Below the pieces are notes generated by a model that was not told the DNA's origin, did not search any database, and saw only the letters and a program-made list of their open reading frames with translations. Of a stretch of DNA of 64,000 nt, positions 30,408-39,922 are shown in pieces; position 1 is the stretch's first letter; every line of letters starts with the position of its first letter. The stretch is from an uncultured Actinomycetota bacterium (GTDB lineage: Bacteria; Actinomycetota; UBA4738), in contig CAVYRK010000007.1 in the NCBI GenBank assembly GCA_963770955.1, forward strand, positions 10,799-74,798, read 5' to 3'. A program made the translations under genes and the position numbers.

Positions 30408-31487
30408 TCAGCCCTCCCCGCCCGACCCGGCGAGCTTCTCCGCGCGCTCTTTCGACATGAGGGCATCGATGAACTCGTTCAGGTCGCCGGCCATCACGGC
30501 CGGCAGGTTGTGCACCGACACGCCCAGCCGGTGGTCGGTGACGCGGTTCTGAGGGAAGTTGTACGTCCGGATCTTCTCGGAGCGCTCGCCGGTTCCCACC
30601 TGCTCGCGCCGGGCCGCCGATTCCTTCGCCTGCGCCTCGTCCTGAGCCGCCTGCAGCAGGCGCGCGCGCAGGTAGCGCATGCCCTTCTCCCGGTTCTGCA
30701 GCTGCGACCGCTCCTCCTGGACCTCGACCTTGATCCCGGTCGGCTTGTGGATGATCCGCACGGCCGAGTCGGTGGTGTTCACGCTCTGGCCGCCTGGGCC
30801 GGACGACCGGTACACCTGGATCTCCAGGTCGTTCGGGTCGATCTGCACGTCGACCTCCTCGGCCTCCGGCAGCACGGCGACGGTGACGGTCGAGGTGTGG
30901 ATGCGTCCGCCCGATTCGGTGACGGGGATGCGCTGCACCCGATGGACACCCGACTCGTGCTTCATCTTCGAGTACGCGCCCTTGCCGCGCATCTCGAGCA
31001 CGACATCCTTGAAACCGCCGACGTCCGAGGGACTCGACGACAGCACCTCGACCTTCCACCGCTGCGCCTCCGCGTAGCGCTGGTACATCTCGAAGATCTC
31101 GCCGGCGAACAGCGCCGCCTCCTGGCCTCCGGTGCCCGCTCGGATCTCGACCAGGACGTCCTTCTCGTCGTTGGGGTCCTTCGGGATCATCAAGGCCTCG
31201 AACTGTGCCTTCAGGGCCGCCGCCCGCTGCTCGGCAGCGGCCGCCTCGGAGCGGAGCTCGGCGGCGAGGTCCTGGTCCTTCTCGTCCTTCGCCATGTCCC
31301 GCCACTCCGCGGCCTGGCGCGCGGCCTCGTCCATCGCCCGGTGCGTGCGCACGATCTCCTCCAGCTCGGCGTGCTGCTTGCCGAGGTCGCGCAGGCGTGA
31401 CGGGTCCGAGGCGACCTCGGGGCTGGAGAGCTCGCGGTTCAACTCCTCGAACCGGCGCTCGATCTCTTCGAAACGATCGGTGGGCAT
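30408..31487 (-). CDS. prfA: peptide chain release factor 1
   Basis: 359 aa with the GGQSVN (GGQ) motif. The PxT tripeptide region could not be aligned by eye. The frame is intact. Confidence 0.97.
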   Translation of the reverse strand: MPTDRFEEIERRFEELNRELSSPEVASDPSRLRDLGKQHAELEEIVRTHRAMDEAARQAAEWRDMAKDEKDQDLAAELRSEAAAAEQRAAALKAQFEALMIPKDPNDEKDVLVEIRAGTGGQEAALFAGEIFEMYQRYAEAQRWKVEVLSSSPSDVGGFKDVVLEMRGKGAYSKMKHESGVHRVQRIPVTESGGRIHTSTVTVAVLPEAEEVDVQIDPNDLEIQVYRSSGPGGQSVNTTDSAVRIIHKPTGIKVEVQEERSQLQNREKGMRYLRARLLQAAQDEAQAKESAARREQVGTGERSEKIRTYNFPQNRVTDHRLGVSVHNLPAVMAGDLNEFIDALMSKERAEKLAGSGGEG

Positions 31488-31537
31488 GGCGCACCCATTA
31501 TCCCGGCACTATCGCCGCGTCCGGATGGCGGGACCGG

Positions 31538-32465
31538 TCAGGAAGGGTCGGCGGCCGGCGGGCTCGAGGGAGTGGCGTGAGCGCCGGCGGCCGCGGCCTC
31601 CGCGCGGAGCACCTCCTGGAACGACGCGATGGCGACCTCGATCTGGCCCGTGGTCCGGCGGCTTCGTCGTGATCTTCTGCAGCCACAGGCCCGGGGCCAT
31701 GAGCACCCTCATCACCGCGGAGTCGGTGAACCTCGCGCCCAGGCGAAGCAGCTCGAACGAGAGGCCGGCGATGATCGGGATCGCGATGACGCGCGACAGG
31801 ATGCCCCACAGGATGCCCTTGGCCGGGAAGAGCGCGTACACCACGATCGCGAGCAGCATGACGATCAGCAGGAAGTTCGTCCCGCATCGCACGTGCAGGG
31901 TCGAGTACCGGTCGACGGTCTCCGGGACTCGAGCGGCTCGTCGTGCTCGTACGCGGCGATCGTCTTGTGCTCGGCGCCGTGGTACTCGAAGACGCGGCGG
32001 ACCTCCTTCAGCCGCCCGATCAGCGCGATGTAGCCGAGGAACAGCGCGACGCGCACCAGACCCTCGAGCAGGTTGCGCTCGACGCCCGACGACACCGCGT
32101 TGTGCAGCAGGTGGAACCCGAGGAACGGACCGATGACGAAGACCGCGATGAAGATGACGAACGCGAGCGTCATCGAGACGGCCATCTGGCCGGTCGTGAG
32201 CTGCTTCTCCTCCTCGACCGACTGGTTCGCCGAGATCGTCAGCGCGCGCAGGCCGATCGTCAGCGCCTGGCCGAGCGCGATCACGCCGCGGAGGACCGGC
32301 TTGGCGCAGGATCGGACCCGATCACCGATCGAGCGGATGTCGTGCGACTCGACGTGGATCGTCTCGGTCGGGCCGGCGGACGGCGATCGCCCAGTGATCG
32401 CGCCCGCGCATCATCACGCCTTCGAGGACGGCCTGCCCTCCGTAGAAGTGGGCTTCGCCCGCCAC
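31538..32465 (-). pseudogene. DUF1385 (YqhQ-like) membrane protein, three frameshifts
   Basis: Pieces in three frames: [13 protein letters not shown]...AVRRPD | ETIHVESHDIRSIGDRV...FEYHGAEHKTIAAYEHDEPLE | VDRYSTLHVRCGTNFLLIVML...LQKITTK | QIEVAIASFQEVL. Junctions are at about 32366-32372, the G run 31924-31926 and the C run 31647-31649. Confidence 0.8.
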
Positions 32466-32505
32466 GGGTCCTGGTTCCCTTCGCGTGCCGACTGGATGGG
32501 CCGGG

Positions 32506-32745
32506 CTACCGCCCGGACTGCCCGGCGCCGCCCTCGGCGGCACCCGTCTTCGCGTATCGGCGCTGGAAGCGCTCCACTCGACCCGCCCGTGTCCACGAGC
32601 TTCTGCTTGCCCGTGTAGAAGGGGTGGCAGGCCGAGCACAGTTCCAGGTGGATCTCGGGCTTGGTCGACCGCGTCACGAACGAGTTCCCGCAGGAACAGG
32701 TGACGGCCTGGCGACCACGTATTCGGGGTGGATTCCTTCTTTCAT
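32506..32745 (-). pseudogene. rpmE: 50S ribosomal protein L31, two frameshifts
   Basis: [11 protein letters not shown] | [42 protein letters not shown] | [13 protein letters not shown].... Junctions are at about 32705-32712 and 32581-32587. GGAAGGA precedes the ATG. Confidence 0.85.
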
Positions 32746-33041
32746 CATGTTCCTTCCAACTGCCACGTATTCCCGTAGAGCTTACCGATCCTGCGCCGTG
32801 CCGGACTCGGGCCTCGAGGACGTACGATGAGGCCGTGGTCCTCCATCAGGCCCTCGACGAACCGGTGGAACGCCAGGTGGTCGCTCCGGAATTCCCGGCT
32901 CTGCCCGTCCTTCGTCGACGGTGACGACGTCGAACGACGTCGCCGCCGCTCTGCTCCTCGCGACACCGTGACGGGCTGCCAGCCGTCGTCGATGGCCTGC
33001 TGCAGCTCGGCCATCACCGGGTCGTCTCCCCAACCGGCCAT
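32745..33041 (-). CDS. hypothetical small protein between rho and rpmE
   Basis: 98-aa track ORF. GGAGGG lies 8 nt before the ATG at 33041. Its TGA overlaps the rpmE ATG. Because it lies in the indel-dense block, its internal frame cannot be trusted. Confidence 0.35.
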   Translation of the reverse strand: MAGWGDDPVMAELQQAIDDGWQPVTVSRGAERRRRRSTSSPSTKDGQSREFRSDHLAFHRFVEGLMEDHGLIVRPRGPSPARRRIGKLYGNTWQLEGT

Positions 33042-33056
33042 CGCGCGGTCCCTCCG

Positions 33057-34779
33057 CTAGTCGCGAGGGCGCCTTGGAGATCTCGCGCAGGAACTGCTCG
33101 TTCGACTTGGTCGCTCGGATCTTGTCGATGAGCAGCTCGAGCGACGCGCCGGAGTCGAGCGCGTGCAGCACTCGGCGCAGACGCCAGACCAGCGCCAGCT
33201 CCTCGGTGGGCATGAGGCGCTCCTCCTTGCGCGTGCCGGAGGCCTCGATGTTGATGGCCGGGAAGATGCGCTTCTCCGACAGCTGCCGGTCGAGGCGGAT
33301 CTCCCAGTTCCCGGTGCCCTTGAACTCCTCGAAGATGACCTCGTCCATGCGGGAACCGGTCTCGACGAGCGCGCTCGCGATGATCGTGAGCGAGCCGCCC
33401 TCCTCGATGTTGCGCGCCGCGCCGAAGAACCGCTTCGGCGGGTACAGCGCGGTGGAGTCGACACCGCCCGACAGGATGCGGCCGGACGCCGGCGCCGCCA
33501 GGTTGTAGGCGCGGGCCAGTCGCGTGATCGAGTCGAGCAGGATGACCACGTTCATGCCGCCTCTCGACGAGCCGCTTGGCCCGCTCGAGCACCAGCTCGG
33601 TCACCTGCGTGTGCTGGTCGGCCGGCTTGTCGAACGTCGAGTACACGACCTCGGCCGCCGTCGACCGTTCGCTGCCAGTCGGTGACCTCCTCCGGCCGCT
33701 CGTCGACCAGCAGCACGATCACGTGCGTCTCGGGTCGGCGCGGAGGATGCCGCTCGGCGATCTGCTTCAGGACGGTCGTCTTGCCGGCCTTCGGCGGCGA
33801 CACGACCATGCCGCGCTGGCCCTTCCCGATCGGCGCGACCAGGTCGATGATCCGCTCGCGTGATGTCCGTTCGGATCGTGCTCCAGCCGGAACCGCTCGT
33901 CCGGGAACAGCGGCGTCAGCTTGTCGAACTCCGCGCCGCTGCCTCGCGGTGTCCGCGTCCACGCCGTTCACGGTCGTCGATCCGCAGCAGCGCGTAGTAC
34001 TTCTCGTTGTCGCGCGGCGTGCCGGATCGCGCCGCTCACCTGGTCGCCCTTGCGGCAGGGCGAACCGGCGGATCTGGCGACAGCGACACGTAGACGTCGT
34101 CCGGCCGGGCAGGTAGCCGTTGGTCCGCAGGAACCCGTACCCCTCGGGCAGGACGTCCAGGATGCCGGTGCGGATCGGCGCGTCGCGATCTCCTCCTCGC
34201 GCATCTCCTGCTCGCGCACGCGGCGCTCCTCGCGCTGCCGGCGGCGCTCCTCGCGGGAGGACGCCGGTCGCGCGGGCGCTCGCCTGGCGTCCGACGGTCC
34301 CGACCTGCCGCCGCCACGGTCCTGCTGCCTGGTCGCCCGGCGCCGTGGTCGCGCCACTCGCCACGGCGGCCGCCACCGCTGCTCGCGGCCGCCGTCCGGC
34401 CATCGCCCCTGGGCCTCGCCGTCGGCTCCGCCGCCCTCGTCGGGTCACCCGGTCGTCGCTCGTCCGGCCGCGGCGGAGCCGATGGTCGTCGACGCTCGCG
34501 CTTCGGCCGCCGGCGCGTCGTCGGCCGTTCGCGCTGGGCGGCGTGCTCGTTGCCAGAGCCAGCGGTCGCCGGTCGGTGGACGCGGCTCCGCCGGCTCGAC
34601 CGTCCGGGCCGCTCCGCCGGAGCCGTCCGCCGACTTCGTCGACGATCGCGTCGATCAGGTCGCCCTTGCGCAGTCGCTGGTATCCGGAGACCCCAAGCGA
34701 CTGCGCGATCCTCTGCAGCTCGGGCAAGCAGCTTGCCCTCCAGGTCCGAGCGCGTCGGTCGTCGGGAGTCCAACGTCAT
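33057..34779 (-). pseudogene. rho: transcription termination factor Rho with an R/E/G-rich N-terminal insertion; more than ten frameshifts
   Basis: Rho segments are scattered over all three minus frames: ELQRIAQSLGVSGYQRLRKGDLIDAIV; REERRRQREERR; APIRTGILDVLPEGYGFLRTNGYLPG; DDVYVSLS; KGDQVSGAIR; RIIDLVAPIGKGQRGMVVSPPKAGKTT; HVIVLLVDERPEEVTDWQR; VVYSTFDKPADQHTQV; [17 protein letters not shown]...SGGVDS...[30 protein letters not shown]. The 3' end is approximate. Confidence 0.9.
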
Positions 34780-35452
34780 GCTCCTTCCTTCTTCTGCAGT
34801 TCGTCCTGCAGCGTCTTCCAGTCACTCAGGAACTCGCTCGATCCCGGCGTCCGTGAGCGGGTGCTTCACCAGCTTGGAGAAGACGTCGAACGGCATCGTC
34901 GCCACGTCGGCGCCCAGCTTCGCCGCCTCCACGACATGCATCGGGTGGCGCAGGGACGCGGCCAGGACCAGTTCGTCTCGTAGCTCCTGCGCCTGCGTAG
35001 ATCTCGCAGATCTCCGCCAGCAAGCACATGCCCGTCCGACCCCACGTCGTCCAGTCCGCCCGAGGAACGGCGACACGTACGTCGCGCCGATCTCCGCGGC
35101 CAGGATGGCCTGGGCCGGGCGAGAAGACCAGCGTCACGTTCACGGGAATCCCGCGATCGGCCAGGCGCCGCCCGGCGGCCAGGCCGTCCGGGCGTCATGG
35201 CCACCTTCACCACGGCGTTGTCGGCGACGGCCGCGAGCTTGAGGCCCTGCTCGAAGATGGCATCGGCCTCGGTCTCGGTCGTCTCGAGCGAGACCGGTCC
35301 GGGAACCTCGTTGCAGACCTCCTTCATCTGCTGCTCGAGTCGGCGTGCTCCTTGGCGAGCAGCGTCGGGTTCGTCGTGCAGCCGGACAGCACGCCCCAGC
35401 CCTTGATCGCACGGATCTCGTCGAGGTTCGCGGTGTCGAGGAACAGCTTCAT
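34776..35452 (-). pseudogene. fructose-6-phosphate aldolase / transaldolase (TalC/Fsa short type), about six frameshifts
   Basis: [35 protein letters not shown]; VPGPVSLETTETEADAIFEQGLKLAAVADNAVVKVAMTP; [11 protein letters not shown]; VSPFLGR; [43 protein letters not shown]; FLSDWK. GGAAGGAG precedes the ATG at 35452. The stop overlaps the rho ATG (ATGA). Confidence 0.8.
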
Positions 35453-36452
35453 CGTTGTGCTCCTTCCACTTCTTCATCGAGCGGATCCGGTCGGCTCGGA
35501 GAGCGGCTCGGGCGCGGCTCCGGCGGCGGCGCGACCGGCTCGCCCAGCCGCTCGGACGCGCGGTCCACGACCAGGTCGATGATCGCGGCCAGCGTCCTGG
35601 TCCAGGCTGTAGTTGGGAACGACCGGCACGCCGTGCGACAGGGCCTGGCTCTTGATGTAGCGCTGGACCTTGCGGATGTTCTCGAACGCGCGCCAGGTAG
35701 CGCTCGTACGGCCGGGCCGAGGTCGTCCGCGCGCGCGCACGAAGTGCGATCGGTGCGTCTCCTCGTCCTCGACGGTGACCACCACGGGGATCGCCAGGAT
35801 CCGGTCGGCGAACGGCGTCGCGTCGAAGAACCCCGGCACCATGTGGGCGCCCTCGATGATGGCGCTGGTCCCCTCCATCGCGGCACGTTCGAGCAGCGCG
35901 GTTATCCCGACCGCGGCGACGGCGGCCGTCTGCTCGCGGAACCCGACGATGACCTTGTCGGCCGTTCGCGGCCGGCGGCTCGCGGAGCGCCGCGTCCGCG
36001 TCGAACGACGACGTGTACAGCGTCGGCATCAGCTGGCTCGGTCAGCATCGCGCGCATGACCTCGCGGATCGCGTCGGTGGCCGACCACGCGCACGATCCC
36101 CAGGCGGACGGCGAGCTGCGTCGCGATGGTCGACTTGCCGACGCCGGTCGCCCCGCCGATCAGCACGACGAGCGGGACGTCGAGCCGCGAACCTGCTGCC
36201 AGCGAACGGAAGTTCGTGGCGTAGCGCTCGCCGGCCAGGTCGCGCAGGACCTCGACGGTCAGGTCGTCCAGGTCCGTCGCGCGTCACCGACTCGGCGCCG
36301 GCCGCGTGCAGCCGCGCCTCGACCTCCTCCGCGATCTGGTACGCGCGGAACGGCGAGAGCCCGGTCACCATGAGCTCGGAGGCCCGCAGCCCCTTCGAGT
36401 ACGGGCAGCCCGGGCATCCCGTCGGAGATCACGATCACCTTGCGTCCGTCAT
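35449..36452 (-). pseudogene. 2-phosphoglycerate kinase (COG2074 family), multiple frameshifts
   Basis: VIVISDG..PYSKGLRASELMVTGLSPFRAYQIAEEVEARL; P-loop [24 protein letters not shown]; [12 protein letters not shown]; MPTLYTSSFDA; MEGTSAIIEGAHMVPGF; FENIRKVQRYIKSQALSHGVPVVPNYSLDQ. The stop overlaps the aldolase ATG (ATGA). Confidence 0.72.
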
Positions 36453-37840
36453 CGCTTCAGTTCCCGTTCCGTGCCCGTGCCATCCGGCGCGCCGCGCCGT
36501 GCGCGCGCGATCCTCGACCAGCTCCCGTCAGCAGCGTCGTCCAGATCGTCGCCACCGCCGACCGTGGCGGCGGTTCTCGACGAACACGACCTCGGCGCCC
36601 CGCTCGAGCGCCATCGGCGCCGCCACGTCGATCGCCGCCGCCTTCAGCTCGGTCAGCAGGACGTCGAACGGCGGGGCCGACGCGCAGGTCGTCGCTCGCA
36701 GGCCCGCCGGATCCGCGAGGTTCGCGGACACGGCTCACCACGCGGCACCCCGCGATCCGTTCGAGGTGCTTCGCCGAGCCGTTCGGCCGCCTGTCGGGCT
36801 GCGCCGTGGTGGCGAAGAACGCATCCTTGCCTCTCACGTTCTCCCAGCGGCACCGGCTGGAGCTCTGCGACTGCCACGCGTACGTCCGGACGGAGCCGAC
36901 GAACGTGGGAGTCGAGAGCGGAAAGGTTCTCCGGCCCGGTTCGGACCCACACCCAATGATAAGGACCACGAGGTCCGATAGCAATACGCGAAGCGGCCCC
37001 AGATAGCCGGTCCGAGGTGCTGGGCGGAGCGACGCGCGGGAGCGACGAGGACCCCGGCGTCCCAGGGGACGCGTCGGGCAGCGCCGAGCCGCTCCCCTCC
37101 AGGATCACCGATCGCCCGCCCAGCCGTGCGGCCAGGTCGCGCGGCCTCGGCGACGTTCGTGGCGAACGGCCGCCCGCCGAGGCCGCCGCCGACACCGCCG
37201 GGCGCCGACGGTGGTCACGCCGGCGCGTCAGCGCGTCCTCCAGGTAGTCGGACGCGGCGTGCTCTCCCGCGCGTCGGCGCGGGCCGAGCAGCGCGTCCAG
37301 GGTCACGTCGTCCGGCCCGGCCACCTCGGGCTCGGGCGGCCCGCCGCGGCCCATCGCCACGATCACCGGCCGGTGCCCGGCCGCCGATGGCGAGCCGGGC
37401 CAGATAGCCGCCGATCGCGGTCTTGCCGACCCGCTTGCCCGCTCCCGATCACGGCGACCGTCGGCACGTCGGCAGCGGCCGGCTCCGTGACCGGCGGGTC
37501 GAGCCGGAAGTCGGGACCCAGGTACGGCACGCCGCGCGCGAGCGTGACCGAGGCCAGCTCCATCCGGCGCTCGTATGCCGAGCACGGGCTCGTCCGACAG
37601 GTCGAGCACGGCCTCGGGTCGGACCTCGTCCAGCGCGGCGCCGAGCGCTTCCGTCAGATCGCCGCCGGAGCGGAGCAGGGGATCGCCCCCGAAGTCGAGG
37701 TCGCGGTCGGGTCCGAGCTTCTCGGCGCCGCCGACGAGCAGCGCAGCGACCACCGTCAGCCCGTCTCGGCCGGCGGCCTCGATCGCCCAGCGCGTGACCG
37801 ATGGATGGTGCTCACCGTCGACGAGTGCCAGGACGTTCAC
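36449..37840 (-). pseudogene. cyclic 2,3-diphosphoglycerate synthetase (COG2403 family), multiple frameshifts
   Basis: MNVLALVDGEHHPSV...; VPTVAVIGSGKRVGKTAIGGYLAR (across a frame change); RPVIVAMGRGGPPEPE; GEHAASDYLEDAL; VILEGSGSALP; LSDLVVLI; KDAFFATTAQP; FDVLLTELKAAAIDVAAPMALERGAEVVFVENR. Reconstructed length is about 460 aa. The GTG follows GGGGGGAG. The likely stop overlaps the 2PGK ATG. Confidence 0.72.
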
Positions 37841-37880
37841 GGGACTCCCCCCACGACTTACCCGGAAGCGTTGGCCTGCC

Positions 37881-38690
37881 CTACTCCGCCGGTTCGGGCA
37901 ACGGCGCCTCCCGGTGCGCCTCCTGCACCAGCGATTCGATCGCGCGCTGGTACTGCTCCCCGCTCGTGATGGAGAACCGCGCCAGCACCGTCCGGCCGCC
38001 GAAGGGGAACTTCCGAAGGATGCTCACCTCGTCGCCCTCGACCTCCACGATGTTGTAGCAGGGCACGCGTGTAGCCGCGAAGACGGAGCGACGAGGCCGT
38101 GCCGGCGTTCGCGACGTAGACGTTCTCCAGCCGCCACACGTACGGGACGTGCTTGTGGCCCGACAGCACCACGTTGACGCCGGCCTCGATCAGCACCTCG
38201 AGCAGGTCGCCGGCGTCCGTCACGGTGCTCCGCTCACGTCCCGTGCCGGGGACGGGCAGCAGGTGGTGGTGCAGCGCGAAGACCTTGAGGTCGGCCGGGG
38301 CCGCGAACTGCTCGGCGATCCAGTCGTACTGCTCGCGCCCCACCTGGCCCTCGTTCAGGTCGGGCTCGCTCGAATCCATGCCGACGATGCGGATGCCGCT
38401 CGACGTCCCGCACCCAGCGCCGGGGGCCGATCAGCTCCTCGAAATGCAGGTAGCCGACGTTGCGCGCGTCGTGGTTCCCGGGAATGGTCGCCAGGGGTGA
38501 CTTGATCCGGTCGAGGTACGCGCACGGCGATCTTGTACTCCTGCCGGTAGCCCTCGTTCGTCAGATCGCCGGTGCACAGGACCAGGTCGGGCTCCAGCTC
38601 GTTCAGCTCGACGATCACCCGGTTCATCAGGTTCGGAACGAAGAACGGGGAGCCGACGTGCAGGTCGGAGATGTGGGCGATCGTTGCCAC
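37881..38690 (-). pseudogene. calcineurin-like metallophosphoesterase, about three frameshifts
   Basis: MATIAHISDLHVG...LVLCTGDLTNEG; IPGNHDARN (alternate frame); ALHHHLLPVPGTG; VVLSGHKHVPYVW; C-terminus in track ORF 37881..38066. Junctions are near 38520, 38400 and 38065. Confidence 0.72.
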
Positions 38691-38721
38691 AGCGTCGTCA
38701 GTCTACGCCCCGGACCTACGG

Positions 38722-39918
38722 ATGCTCTGGCACGATGGCGCCGTGGGAGTGCTCGACCTGTTGATCGTGGCGTGGGCGGTGCTGGCGGCCATCGGCGGCT
38801 ACCGCCGGGGCGCCTCCATCCAGATCGCCGAGTACGCGGGGCTGGCCGCCGGCCTGATCGCGGGGGCCGTCGTCGCCCCCACGATCGCCTCGCTCGCGTC
38901 GTCGCCCGTCGCGCGCGCCGGCCTCGCGCTGGCGGCGCTCTTCGGCACGGCGGCGCTGGGCATGAGCCTCGGATGGACGCTCGGCCGCCGCATTCGGCCC
39001 ACCGAGCGCCGGGGCGTGCTCGGCCGCTTCGACTCGGTCGCCGGCGTGCTCGTCTCCGTGGTGGTCGTGCTGCTGGTCGTCTGGTTCCTGGCATACAACC
39101 TGGTGAGCGGGCCGGTACCGGCCGTCTCGCGTGCCATCCAGTCCTCGGCGATCGTGCGCGGCCTGGAGCAGACGCTCCCTCGTCCACCACCGCTGCTCTC
39201 GGAGGCCAGGGGGCTCCTCGACCGGTTCGGATTCCCCCAGGTCTTCGCCGACCTGCCGCCGCTCCCGTCCAGTCCCGTCCACGTGCCCGGCGGCCCCGCC
39301 GTTCAAGCGATCGCGGCGAAGGCAGGCGCGTCGACCGTCCGCATCGAGGGACACGCCTGCCACGGCCTCATCGAGGAAGGAAGCGGATTCGTCGTCGCGC
39401 CGGGCTATGTCGTGACCAACGCGCACGTGGTCGCCGGCGTGCGCTCGCCCGTGGTGCAGTCGCCCGGCCGCGACGACCTCGCCGCCACGCCGGTCCTGTT
39501 CGACCCGCGGACAGACGTCGCCGTGCTGCACGTGCAGGGTCCGCTCGGGCCCCCGCTCGCTCTGCACCGGGAGTCGCTCGACCGCGGAACGAAGGGGGCC
39601 GTCCTCGGCTACCCCGGCGGAGGCCCCCTCGCGGCAGGGGGCGCGGCGATCCGCCGCGAGCTGTCGGCGGAGGGCCGCGACATCTACGGGCACGCGACCG
39701 TGACGCGTGACGTGTACGAGCTCCAGGCGAACGTCCGGCCGGGGAACTCCGGGGGGCCGTTCGTGCTGTCGTCCGGCGAGGTCGCCGGCATCGTGTTCGC
39801 CGCGTCGACGACCGAGCAGCACGTCGGCTACGCGCTCACCGCGAATCAGGTGGCGCCCGACATCCGCCAGGGCGTCGGCCGCACGGCGCCGATCTCCACG
39901 CAGGGCTGCACCGCGTGA
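38722..39918 (+). CDS. CvpA-family membrane domain fused to a trypsin-like serine protease (MarP-like)
   Basis: Four N-terminal TM segments, then GSGFVVAPGYVVTNAHVV...DVAVL...GNSGGP, giving the His/Asp/Ser triad. The start is ATG 38722 or GTG 38743. The frame is intact. Confidence 0.85.
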   Translation: MLWHDGAVGVLDLLIVAWAVLAAIGGYRRGASIQIAEYAGLAAGLIAGAVVAPTIASLASSPVARAGLALAALFGTAALGMSLGWTLGRRIRPTERRGVLGRFDSVAGVLVSVVVVLLVVWFLAYNLVSGPVPAVSRAIQSSAIVRGLEQTLPRPPPLLSEARGLLDRFGFPQVFADLPPLPSSPVHVPGGPAVQAIAAKAGASTVRIEGHACHGLIEEGSGFVVAPGYVVTNAHVVAGVRSPVVQSPGRDDLAATPVLFDPRTDVAVLHVQGPLGPPLALHRESLDRGTKGAVLGYPGGGPLAAGGAAIRRELSAEGRDIYGHATVTRDVYELQANVRPGNSGGPFVLSSGEVAGIVFAASTTEQHVGYALTANQVAPDIRQGVGRTAPISTQGCTA

Positions 39919-39922
39919 CGCG

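Noticed and set aside
30408-31487. Programmed +1 frameshift in a release factor gene
   Set aside because: That mechanism belongs to prfB (RF2). This gene is prfA (RF1), a single uninterrupted 359-codon frame.
32506-34779. rho and rpmE as genuine pseudogenes (genome decay)
   Set aside because: The segments between breaks remain highly family-typical. The breaks are +/-1 nt in homopolymers. The damage is confined to one sharply bounded block. Loss of Rho and L31 is implausible. Assembly error is the better explanation, pending read-level proof.
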